From contig WRHP01000004.1 of the NCBI GenBank assembly GCA_009783195.1, positions 1-61,733 of the forward strand: 61,733 nucleotides of DNA, written 5' to 3'. Every line of letters begins with the position of its first letter. The first letter of the stretch is position 1. The notes beneath the pieces are model-generated. The model searched no databases. It was not told the origin of the DNA and saw only the letters and a program-made list of their open reading frames with translations. The position numbers were made by a program, and so were the translations under genes. This stretch comes from Syntrophorhabdaceae bacterium (lineage in GTDB: Bacteria > Desulfobacterota > Deferrimicrobia > Deferrimicrobiales > Deferrimicrobiaceae). Shown piece by piece: positions 1 to 7,973 of the stretch.

Positions 1-249
1 GGTGGCGCCGCGCTCGTGACGGCTGACGCGCACACGGAACTGGGTCGGTTGGTAGCGGAGTATCCGGGTATCTTTATCCTTGTGCCGCCGGAAGATTCCG
101 TTTCGCTGAAAGAGGCGCTGTTGTCGGCATTGTCCGCAAATGGAGCGGAGCTTGGCAAAAATACGGTTGCCCGCGAATACGCGGAACGGTTTCTTTCTAA
201 AGATATTGTATTGCTGGAATTTGAAGGTATGTTGTTTAGTCTAAAATAG
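1..249 (+). CDS. glycosyltransferase, C-terminal end (5' part lies left of the window)
   Basis: The frame is open from base 1 to TAG at 247-249. The tail ..PGIFILVPPEDS..LKEALL..NTVAREYAERFLSK resembles the C-terminal region of GT-B/GT4-type glycosyltransferases, and it sits in a polysaccharide locus. Confidence 0.6.
   Translation, partial: GGAALVTADAHTELGRLVAEYPGIFILVPPEDSVSLKEALLSALSANGAELGKNTVAREYAERFLSKDIVLLEFEGMLFSLK
11..236 (+). repeat. direct repeat copy 1 (3' end of the glycosyltransferase gene)
   Basis: Aligns without gaps to 1222-1447 at a constant offset of 1211 nt. By eye roughly nine of ten bases are identical. Confidence 0.9.
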
Positions 250-347
250 ATTTTGTCTCGTGGGAACTGAACTTGATAAGTTCATATTATGTTATCAAGT
301 GCGCAATCGATTTTTGATCTGTATTATGTATAAAAAGTAAAAGGAAT

Positions 348-1205
348 GTGGGTAAAATATTGTTAAACCAATTAAGACGATTACTTTCACCAAAAACTAA
401 AACTATGCTGTCAGAAAGTTTTCCAAAGTTGTACTCAATTTACATGCGCAGCTTTATTTTGAATACGTTAGGGCTAAAGAAGTATTATAATAAAACAAAT
501 GATTCGTTACATTTAGGGAGTGGTGTTATACCAATGAAAATAGCTTGTGATCTGGAATTGAGAGGGGTATTTAACGTTGGTTTTAGTGATATTATTTATC
601 CGTTATTGCCAAATACAGATGGAGTCATGAAGCTTTCATTTCATGAAGGACCATATGAATTTGACAATGTAAAAATTGCTCCTGGAGACACAGTATTTGA
701 TTGTGGTGCAAACGTAGGGTTTTTCTCTGTTATGGCTGCAAATCATAAATGTACGTGTTATGCCTTTGAGCCGTTGCCTCAAAATATTAAATATTTAGAA
801 AAAATTATAGAAGTTAATTCACATATTACGCTTGTTTCGTATGCTGTTTGCGATAAAGTCGGAACTGTTTATTTTGAGACGTCAGAGCGCATTTCAAGCG
901 ACGCTAAAATTGTTTCAAGCGATGTTTATAATAGTTCTAAAATGGAGTGTATTACACTTGATTATTTTGCAGAAAAAAATAAAATTAATCGCGTTGATTT
1001 TATAAAAGTTGATATTGAAGGCGCTGAGCGTCTATTATTAAAAGGTGCTCAGGGCATACTGAAAGAATATTCTCCTAAACTCTCTATTTGTACGTATCAT
1101 TTGCCGGATGATTCTCTGGTGTTGCGCGAACTAATACTTAGAGCAAATCCAAAATACATAATAAAAGAAAAATATAAAAAGATGTATGCGTATGTGCCTG
1201 AATAG
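348..1205 (+). CDS. FkbM-family SAM-dependent methyltransferase
   Basis: Motifs VFDCGANVGFFS (SAM-binding) and FIKVDIEGAE are typical of Methyltransf_21/FkbM. GTG start is preceded by AAAGGA. The gene and its flanks (250-1205) are visibly AT-rich compared with neighbouring DNA. Confidence 0.85.
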   Translation: MGKILLNQLRRLLSPKTKTMLSESFPKLYSIYMRSFILNTLGLKKYYNKTNDSLHLGSGVIPMKIACDLELRGVFNVGFSDIIYPLLPNTDGVMKLSFHEGPYEFDNVKIAPGDTVFDCGANVGFFSVMAANHKCTCYAFEPLPQNIKYLEKIIEVNSHITLVSYAVCDKVGTVYFETSERISSDAKIVSSDVYNSSKMECITLDYFAEKNKINRVDFIKVDIEGAERLLLKGAQGILKEYSPKLSICTYHLPDDSLVLRELILRANPKYIIKEKYKKMYAYVPE

Positions 1206-1466
1206 GTGGTCGGCGATAATACGCTTACGACGGCTGACGCGCACACGGAACTGGGTCGGTTGGTAGCGGAGTATCCGGGTATCTTTATCCTTGTACCGCC
1301 GGAAGATTCCGCTTCGCTGAAAGAGGTGTTGCTGTCGGCGTTATCCAAAAATGAAGCGTGTTCTGGCAAAAACACGGTTGCCCGCGAATACGCGGAACGG
1401 TTTCTTTCTAAAAATGTTGCATTGTTAGAATTTGAGAGTATGCTCTTGGGCAAAAATGATCTTTAA
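1206..1466 (+). pseudogene. headless fragment of a glycosyltransferase gene (duplicate C-terminus only)
   Basis: The 86-aa ORF consists only of the duplicated C-terminal segment and has no catalytic domain. It keeps the likely original junction to the next gene: TAA at 1464-1466, AGGAG, then ATG at 1487. Confidence 0.7.
1222..1447 (+). repeat. direct repeat copy 2 (duplicate of the glycosyltransferase 3' end)
   Basis: See copy 1. It encodes TADAHTELGRLVAEYPGIFILVPPEDSASLKEVLL..NTVAREYAERFLSK. Confidence 0.9.
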
Positions 1467-1486
1467 CTTTCTAGGAGTGGAACCAG

Positions 1487-2191
1487 ATGAGTTCGCATCG
1501 CGCGATCAAACGCGCTATCGATATAATTCTCTCTGTATTGATACTGGTTATGTCTTTGCCTTTGATGGGTTTTGTGGCGCTGCTGATCCTCGCGTTGGAA
1601 GGCCGGCCGGTAATTTACGTCTCCCGGAGGCTGGTGTCGGCTGACCGGATGATCCGGGTGTATAAGTTCCGGACCATGGCGCGTGACGCAACATCCCGGA
1701 AATATTGCCTCAAGGAACGGTTTATGCGGGACGGCTATCTCGATATACCCCGCGACTGCGAAGTTTACACGCCAATTGGCCGGGTCCTTGAACGTCTGCA
1801 GATTGTTGAGTTGCCGCAGATGGTAAATATTCTTTTCCACGGAATGAGCCTGATCGGCAACCGGCCGCTTCCTTCCGAGAACGTAAACTTGCTGCGGCAA
1901 TTCGACGGTTCGGCTGAACGTTTCGATAGCCCCGCCGGCATTACAGGCATAGCCCAGGTTGCCGGCCGGATGAATATAACACCGCATCAGAGGCTGGAGC
2001 TTGAGCGCGCCTATTCAAGGATGTACCGGGAAGGCAACATTCTGTGGTGCGATCTCAAGATTTTTTTCTGCACGCTCTATATGATCGTTTTCGCGAAAGG
2101 GATTTCACTCGACAGGGCATATAACATGGTAGGCATCGAGCCGAAAACCTCGGATATGCGGCCGATGATACAGACAAGCGTCCGGGTATGA
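1487..2191 (+). CDS. polyprenyl-phosphate sugar transferase (bacterial sugar transferase family, priming enzyme)
   Basis: N-terminal TM helix, then RPVIYVSRR..VYKFRTM..LPQM.N.L.G.MSL.G.RP, which is the Bac_transf signature. AGGAG RBS. Confidence 0.85.
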   Translation: MSSHRAIKRAIDIILSVLILVMSLPLMGFVALLILALEGRPVIYVSRRLVSADRMIRVYKFRTMARDATSRKYCLKERFMRDGYLDIPRDCEVYTPIGRVLERLQIVELPQMVNILFHGMSLIGNRPLPSENVNLLRQFDGSAERFDSPAGITGIAQVAGRMNITPHQRLELERAYSRMYREGNILWCDLKIFFCTLYMIVFAKGISLDRAYNMVGIEPKTSDMRPMIQTSVRV

Positions 2192-2892
2192 ACATCATGG
2201 TGTTTGGCGCTTCTTCCTCTATCGGCGCGAGTGTGGCCGAATCGTTTTCTCCTGGAAATAATCTGTTTCTGACTGGAAGAAACGCGTCCGGCTTAAAAAC
2301 CGCGGCGCGGCGTTGTATGAGAGCGGGAGCTTCAGATGTTGTTGAAATGGTATGGGATCTTGGGAAAGGACCGGGCGGACTGGAAAAAGAGGCTGCCGGA
2401 TGGCGTCCGGACATAGTTGTAAATGCGGCTTCCGCGTCCAGCCGCCTGCGCGATGGCAATATTGCCGCCGAAGATCTGGAAAAAATCGTCGCTGTGGATC
2501 TGACAGCCCCTCTTGATGTGATCCGGGCGGTGATATCGGACCGGTGCGGCGGTCCGATAGGCATCGTTTACATTTCTTCGTTTCTTTCGGTTGTGCCTGG
2601 TCCGGACCGGGCGATATACGGGGCATTGAAACGGATTCATGAAAAGGTTCTCCTTGGATTGGCCGCGTCACATCCGGAAGTACGGCTCATGATAGTCCGG
2701 ATATCGAAAAGGATTTCCAGCGGGGCGGAAAGCCGTGAAGCCGAAGATCTTGGAGCCGCCGTTGTTGAAGGATACCAAAGAGGAAAAAAAACGATGTACC
2801 ATGGTGTTTCAGGCAGATTTGGGATGTTTCTGTTTTATGTGCAGCCGGTTTTTTTTACCCTTGGGGTAAAGCTTAAACGGCTCATATGTTGA
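2188..2892 (+). CDS. short-chain dehydrogenase/reductase (SDR) family protein
   Basis: N-terminal VFGASSSIGASVA Rossmann motif. ATGA overlap with the upstream sugar transferase gene. Confidence 0.65.
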   Translation: MNIMVFGASSSIGASVAESFSPGNNLFLTGRNASGLKTAARRCMRAGASDVVEMVWDLGKGPGGLEKEAAGWRPDIVVNAASASSRLRDGNIAAEDLEKIVAVDLTAPLDVIRAVISDRCGGPIGIVYISSFLSVVPGPDRAIYGALKRIHEKVLLGLAASHPEVRLMIVRISKRISSGAESREAEDLGAAVVEGYQRGKKTMYHGVSGRFGMFLFYVQPVFFTLGVKLKRLIC

Positions 2893-2927
2893 GCTTCGCC
2901 AATTTCTAAAAAAAAGAGAAAATTAAA

Positions 2928-3632
2928 ATGAAAACGAAAATGAGCAAAGCTGTTCTGGTCGCGCTTTTTGTTCTCTTCCCGTCTTTCGTTTTTGCATCGA
3001 AATCAACCGCAACTACCGAGGACCAGAAGGTCTTCTATGCCCTTGGCGTGCTGTTGCATCGTCAGGTTGCTTCGTTCCAGCTTGCGCCCGCCGAACTGGA
3101 ATTGGTGAAGCAGGGTCTTACTGACGCCAACGCGGGCAAGACGCCCATCGTGGACATGCAGATATACGGTCCGATGGTGCAGGAAAAGGCCGAGCTCCGC
3201 CGCAAGGCGCAAAGCGACAAGATTGCCGCCGCGAAGGCGCAAAGCGACAAAATTGCCGCTGCAAAGGCGTTTGAAGAGAATGCGGAGAAAGAAAAAGGAG
3301 CTGTAAAAACCGCGTCCGGCATGATCTTTACTTCTTTGGAGGAAGGTACGGGGAAAAGCCCTGGTCCGACGTCCAAGGTAAAAGTGAACTACCGCGGTTT
3401 CCTTACGGACGGGACGGAATTTGACAGTTCCTACAAACGCGGAAAACCGTCCGATTTTCCGCTGAACAGAGTCGTCAAGTGTTTCAGCGAGGGGATGCAG
3501 AAGATGAAAGTAGGCGGCAAGGCAAAGCTGGTTTGTCCGGCCAAGATTGCCTATGGCGACCAGGGTTCAGGAGCCATCCCTCCTGGAGCAACACTTGTTT
3601 TCGAGGTAGAGCTTCTGGAAATTGTTAAATAA
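2928..3632 (+). CDS. FKBP-type peptidyl-prolyl cis-trans isomerase (FkpA/FklB-like), secreted
   Basis: Signal peptide, helical N-domain, and a C-terminal FKBP domain (VNYRGFLTDGTEFDSSY...GDQGSGAIPPGATLVFEVELLEI). Confidence 0.9.
   Translation: MKTKMSKAVLVALFVLFPSFVFASKSTATTEDQKVFYALGVLLHRQVASFQLAPAELELVKQGLTDANAGKTPIVDMQIYGPMVQEKAELRRKAQSDKIAAAKAQSDKIAAAKAFEENAEKEKGAVKTASGMIFTSLEEGTGKSPGPTSKVKVNYRGFLTDGTEFDSSYKRGKPSDFPLNRVVKCFSEGMQKMKVGGKAKLVCPAKIAYGDQGSGAIPPGATLVFEVELLEIVK
3204..3263 (+). repeat. tandem 30-bp duplication inside the FKBP gene
   Basis: AAGGCGCAAAGCGACAAGATTGCCGCCGCG is followed directly by AAGGCGCAAAGCGACAAAATTGCCGCTGCA. Both encode KAQSDKIAAA. Confidence 0.95.
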
Positions 3633-3680
3633 CAGGAAAAGATTTCAATAGGCGTTACGGAAGTTTGCGGTTGTTGTATC

Positions 3681-3718
3681 GCGGCGGAGGGTGGTAAAAG
3701 CTTCCGCCGCGTTTGTTT
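3681..3718 (+). terminator. probable intrinsic terminator after the FKBP gene
   Basis: GCGGCGGAGG..CTTCCGCCGC stem followed by GTTTGTTT. Confidence 0.5.
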
Positions 3719-4229
3719 AGCGCCCCCAGAACGTCTCCACCAGACCTGCCTTCCACTCGTTTGTTTCCCGATACATCCTCAGCACTGCCGGGCGGTCCGC
3801 GCCTCGATGGGTGATTAACACCTCCGCTTTGTCCTTCTCCATTGCTCCGATCTCCCAGCGGCTTTTCTCCAGCGCGTCGTCTGGATCAAATCTTCGCAGG
3901 AATCCTTTCCAGTATTCGCTTGCGATAGGCCCTCCCGAAGCGAAATCTTCCCGCAGCGCTTCTCTTGAAACCGGTTTGCCGTCGGCCCGGCGGATTGCGT
4001 CGTCAGTATCCGCAAGGATGGTTTCGCGTGATTTTGTCGTGAGTAACCGCCATAGAACCGGGTAGTTTTGCGTCTTCATTGCGAGGAACATGGATTCGGC
4101 CGCGGAGAGTATGGCGGGAGTGTTTTTTTCTTGCGCGGGCGCGCTGGCAGCGCCCGGTATAGCGTACAGGAGTACAAAATAGAACACGATTGCGGGGATA
4201 GCGGTTTTGATCCGTATGAGAAGTTTCAA
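3717..4229 (-). CDS. hypothetical secreted protein
   Basis: A TTG start at 4229 gives MKLLIRIKTAIPAIVFYFVLLYAIPGAASA, a classic signal peptide. The ATG at 4295 would overlap the upstream gene by 50 nt. No family recognised and the start is uncertain. Confidence 0.5.
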   Translation of the reverse strand: MKLLIRIKTAIPAIVFYFVLLYAIPGAASAPAQEKNTPAILSAAESMFLAMKTQNYPVLWRLLTTKSRETILADTDDAIRRADGKPVSREALREDFASGGPIASEYWKGFLRRFDPDDALEKSRWEIGAMEKDKAEVLITHRGADRPAVLRMYRETNEWKAGLVETFWGR

Positions 4230-4245
4230 AACAAAGCCCAATTTA

Positions 4246-4800
4246 TCAATGGTTGGGAGGAGTGCTTGAACTGCCGCCACCACCGCCACCACCACCGCCC
4301 ACTGCTACCGCGATCAGCCCCGCGGCTGCGATGCCGCCGGCAATCCAGCCCCAGGTTCCGGCCGAGATGCCGATGGATGTTTTCTCGCCGGCGATTTCTC
4401 CGGCCGCTTCCGGTCCGGTTGTGGTCACAAACGGCGCGTTAGCCGTTGGCGATTTGGGTGTGGTGGTGAAAGGCGCTTCGGTTGTTTTATGGCTCGGCTC
4501 GGTCGTTATTCTCGGACGTGGCTCGGCCGTGATTTTTGTGGGCGGTTCGGCTGTCTTTTTGGGACGTGGTTCGGCCGTCTTTGGGGGACGCGGTTTAGTC
4601 GTCGTTTTGGGGCGCGGTTCAGTAGTTGCTTTTGGGAGCGGTTCGGGTTTTTTGGGCCATGTTTCCCATGTTGGCGTCGAGGAGGGTGACGCCGCAAATG
4701 TTTGAGTCGCGGCGAGTTCAAATGACAGGAAACAGGAAACAAGCAACATGACCGCAAGTGGCTTGATGTATGAACGAAATCGGCAGGTTGTCATAGCCAT
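4246..4800 (-). CDS. secreted Pro/Thr/Lys-rich repeat protein with C-terminal hydrophobic segment and Gly8 tail
   Basis: Signal peptide, degenerate repeats (TEPRPKTTTKPRPPKTAEPRPKKTAEPPTKITAEPRPRITTEP), a TM-like segment (WGWIAGGIAAAGLIAVAV) and GGGGGGGG. Confidence 0.55.
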   Translation of the reverse strand: MAMTTCRFRSYIKPLAVMLLVSCFLSFELAATQTFAASPSSTPTWETWPKKPEPLPKATTEPRPKTTTKPRPPKTAEPRPKKTAEPPTKITAEPRPRITTEPSHKTTEAPFTTTPKSPTANAPFVTTTGPEAAGEIAGEKTSIGISAGTWGWIAGGIAAAGLIAVAVGGGGGGGGGSSSTPPNH

Positions 4801-4819
4801 TCTCTTTTAAAACAGGTGT

Positions 4820-6946
4820 TTACCTGTGTTTTTTGTACAAGTCGCGGGTATCCTTGTCAAGCAGTATGTCCGTGTTGCGACCGATGTAATCGGGCAGTGT
4901 ACGGTAATGCTCTATGTCTTGTCCAGCGTCACGTGTCCACGGAGAGATGCCGAAGCGGTAAGCCGTCCTGGAATCGTGCCCGATGAAGAGCCGGATCGGG
5001 ATGGTGACGGAAACTCCCTTGTCGTGGTATCCCCGGTTGTGAGGATCGGAAAAAACTGAAGTGTCAGTGACGCTGTACCACGCGGTCAAGGTTACGCCGC
5101 AGATGAACTTGGACAGCGAGAACCGCGCTCCCCAATCGCCGGCAAGGAATCGCCCCCCTTTGATGTCGAACCAAAGGTTCGCCTCCGGGATGTTCAGGCG
5201 TCCGCTGATAAACGCCGTCTTGTACCATTGATTGCCGGAGAACTCGAAAGGGTTATCCGGGGATCGCTTTCTTACAAGGCTGCCACCGGCGCCCGCGATC
5301 AGCCGTCCGCGAAACATGGGAACGGCGATCTCGGCGTCCAGTCCCGCGTACTCTATTTCAAGATATCCCGCCGCGGCGCGCGCATAAGCGGGCATGTCAG
5401 CCTTTATGATCTGCTCGAACATGAGACGGGCCGGCGCAAGTTTTTCTTTTTTGTATAGGGCGATGTCGCTGCGAACCGGGATGGACAGCGGCTGCACAGT
5501 GCTATCGATATTGTTTGCCGGGTAGGCCTCCACTCCCGCGACGACGCTTCCTCCCTTCCAGGGATATATGTCGAGGTTTGCGGCGGCTCCAAACCGGTAA
5601 CTGAAGAAACGGGAAGGATCGTTCAGGTACATGTTCAGCGCCGGCGCGACTTCCAGTTTGTACCATCGGCGTCCTTGCGTCCGCGGAATCGGGTTTCCTA
5701 TAAATTCGGTTCGGAACGAGGAAACCTCGAAAAACCGTTCGCGCGAGATCCGTTCTTCCTTGAGTTCTTCGAGGGCGGCCGCGGTTGTGATGAATTCCGA
5801 GACAGGAATACCGTTTTCCTTGAAGCGAACGCGGATATATTCGTATTTCGGAGGGAGTATCGGAGCCACAGCGTCCAACAGCGCCTTCGCCGCGCCGGGC
5901 GTGAAGAAATACCGGTTGTTTTGCGCGTCAATCCGAAGAAAAAAGTCGTCCCCCTCTACGCCGATATCGCTAAACCCTACGGAGAGAAGAGCCTCGGTGA
6001 TCCGGTCGGCAAGGGGGTGCTGCCGAAGTTTTTCAGGCTCACGGTAAGGTGGGTCGTGGATGGGAAGGATAGGCCGACCTATGTCGAATTGGAGCGCGCC
6101 GCCAACGGTCAACTGTTCGCCACGCTGCCAGGAAATGTCTATCTCTCCCTGCCGAAACGGTTTCAGGCGAAGACCGAAGTTTATATTCGATGAAACCGGT
6201 TTCGTGAAATGCTTTGGCTGCGCCGGATCGCGGGTATGCCGCTCGTAATGGACCGGGCTGTATTCCGCCGCCAGTATAAGCCAGTCCGTAGCTTTGAGCT
6301 GGATTCCTCCGAATAGCTGCGCGTTGCGCCACCAGGATTTCGGATGAGAGAACATCTCCATCCTGAACCCCTCCCCGGATTCGGTAAGCGGTTCTTTTCC
6401 CAGGCGTCCGTTCCCCATTCCGATGGTGAAATCGAAAGGGTAGATCTGTTTGCTGGCTACTATCGACTGGGAACCGTAAAGGCGCGTTCCGTGCGGGTCA
6501 GTGACCGCGATTGCAATGGCGGGCAGGTATTTGCCTTCTTTTACGATCTGCAGCTTGAAGTCGAACGATCTGTCCTTGAAGTTGCCGTACCGGTTGCCGA
6601 TGTCGGTGAATCCGGGAACGCCTCTAACCTCCGTGACCAGTCCGTTTACCTCCAGGCGGTCGAACAGGCCGATTGTGCCCCAATAGTAGTTGTATGGATT
6701 GGCTGCCGTGACTCCGAACCGGTACCGGTTTTCGGGAAGAACCCGCGCCGTCGGGGTTTCGAAGATTCCGGTCAGCCCGAAGTTTGATGCTCCGATGAAC
6801 GGTTCGTCTCCCGCGCGGGCGGGAGCGGTAAAGGACGCGGTGGCGAGTAGGGCGGCAGTTATTAATGCGGCAAGGACGGCGGCCGGACGCTGTAAGAGGC
6901 GGAAGCGAGAGCGTCTTTGAGATTGCGCTGGAAAAGATGAAATCAC
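4820..6946 (-). CDS. YjbH/GfcD-family outer-membrane exopolysaccharide protein
   Basis: N-terminal signal peptide and the hallmark SNFGLTGIFETPTARVLPENRYRFG. Size is about 700 aa and the composition is beta-barrel-like, rich in aromatic residues and Gly. Confidence 0.75.
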   Translation of the reverse strand: MISSFPAQSQRRSRFRLLQRPAAVLAALITAALLATASFTAPARAGDEPFIGASNFGLTGIFETPTARVLPENRYRFGVTAANPYNYYWGTIGLFDRLEVNGLVTEVRGVPGFTDIGNRYGNFKDRSFDFKLQIVKEGKYLPAIAIAVTDPHGTRLYGSQSIVASKQIYPFDFTIGMGNGRLGKEPLTESGEGFRMEMFSHPKSWWRNAQLFGGIQLKATDWLILAAEYSPVHYERHTRDPAQPKHFTKPVSSNINFGLRLKPFRQGEIDISWQRGEQLTVGGALQFDIGRPILPIHDPPYREPEKLRQHPLADRITEALLSVGFSDIGVEGDDFFLRIDAQNNRYFFTPGAAKALLDAVAPILPPKYEYIRVRFKENGIPVSEFITTAAALEELKEERISRERFFEVSSFRTEFIGNPIPRTQGRRWYKLEVAPALNMYLNDPSRFFSYRFGAAANLDIYPWKGGSVVAGVEAYPANNIDSTVQPLSIPVRSDIALYKKEKLAPARLMFEQIIKADMPAYARAAAGYLEIEYAGLDAEIAVPMFRGRLIAGAGGSLVRKRSPDNPFEFSGNQWYKTAFISGRLNIPEANLWFDIKGGRFLAGDWGARFSLSKFICGVTLTAWYSVTDTSVFSDPHNRGYHDKGVSVTIPIRLFIGHDSRTAYRFGISPWTRDAGQDIEHYRTLPDYIGRNTDILLDKDTRDLYKKHR

Positions 6947-7848
6947 GGTGATGTGGTTTCCGGCGCCGCTGCGGGCGGCTCCGGCGGGATTCCGGTTACC
7001 CCGGCAATCTCAAGCGCCAAAACAAGCGCCTGACGAAGCCGCCGCGCTGTTTGACGCGGAAGGCCGGACGGGAGGGCTCTGAATACGACTATTGTGTCTC
7101 CGGGGCTTATGTCGGGGATAGCGCCGGTCAACGCGGTTACTTCCCATCGGTAAGCCGCCGGATTCCAGGATAAAAACCCTGGCGTCAAAAGGACGGTAGT
7201 TCCGTTTGCGCGCAACAGGTGTACATGGTTCTGATCCGCGTCATCTTTGTATCCGCCGGCGCGCCGGATATATTCTTTGAGCGGCGCTTTTGGGATAAAC
7301 GGCACGTTGTCTGAGGGGGTGTGTACCGCGCCCGCGACGGTAACCGATTCCGTCAAGGGTGGAATCAGCAGCGCGTCTCCTTCCTCCAGCCGAAGATCGT
7401 GGGGGCTGTTTTTCATCAGGCGGGGAAAGGTCATCCGCACCGGAACTCTTCCGTTGGGACGCAGCTCCCGCAGGAAGGAAAGGATTGGGCGCAGGGCGTT
7501 GCCGACGTCTGCCGCTTTCGCTTCTTCAACAATTCTGGCTATCTCTTCGGTAGCCTCTGTCAGCTTTGCTTTCTGGCTTGCGCGGGTGGAGGCGCGGCAG
7601 AGAGCCGCGCTTTCGAAATCCGCGTTGTCTGTCGCCGCGCCTGCCGCCAATACGAGGGAAGAAAGAGTCGCATTGGGAGGCAGGCTGTAAGCGCCGGGCT
7701 GCCGTACCTCGCCTTCAACCGAAACCGTGATAGGCCATGGATCGCCCAACGCAAGGGTTGTACCCGGCCATGCGGCAAGGTACGCCGCGGCCAGAAGTAA
7801 AAGCGCCGTGCCTTGATTTAAGCGCGGACTGTGGAAGGCGCTGGACAT
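6943..7848 (-). CDS. GfcC/YjbG-like or SLBB-domain polysaccharide export periplasmic protein
   Basis: Signal peptide and two SLBB-like segments (VEGEVRQPGAY.., VAGAVHTPSDNVPF..). 4-nt overlap with the downstream YjbH-like gene. Confidence 0.6.
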   Translation of the reverse strand: MSSAFHSPRLNQGTALLLLAAAYLAAWPGTTLALGDPWPITVSVEGEVRQPGAYSLPPNATLSSLVLAAGAATDNADFESAALCRASTRASQKAKLTEATEEIARIVEEAKAADVGNALRPILSFLRELRPNGRVPVRMTFPRLMKNSPHDLRLEEGDALLIPPLTESVTVAGAVHTPSDNVPFIPKAPLKEYIRRAGGYKDDADQNHVHLLRANGTTVLLTPGFLSWNPAAYRWEVTALTGAIPDISPGDTIVVFRALPSGLPRQTARRLRQALVLALEIAGVTGIPPEPPAAAPETTSP

Positions 7849-7973
7849 TTACCGGAGTATACATCGAAGTTTGCCCGTATCGCTTTTGACTTCCTGAAAT
7901 CTGAAGATTGCGATACGTTTAGTCGAAAAGGTGGGTTTTATACAATAATTCAGAAATTTACGAGGGTATCCGG

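Noticed and set aside
1206-1466. The 86-aa ORF as an independent functional gene.
   Set aside because: It is only a copy of the last ~75 codons of the upstream glycosyltransferase and has no catalytic domain. It is called a fragment or pseudogene instead.
4268-4300. The CCGCCACCA-type simple repeat as a phase-variation tract.
   Set aside because: It is an imperfect GGN-codon run encoding Gly8 at the C-terminus of the repeat protein, not a homopolymer or a perfect microsatellite. I see no evidence for slippage.
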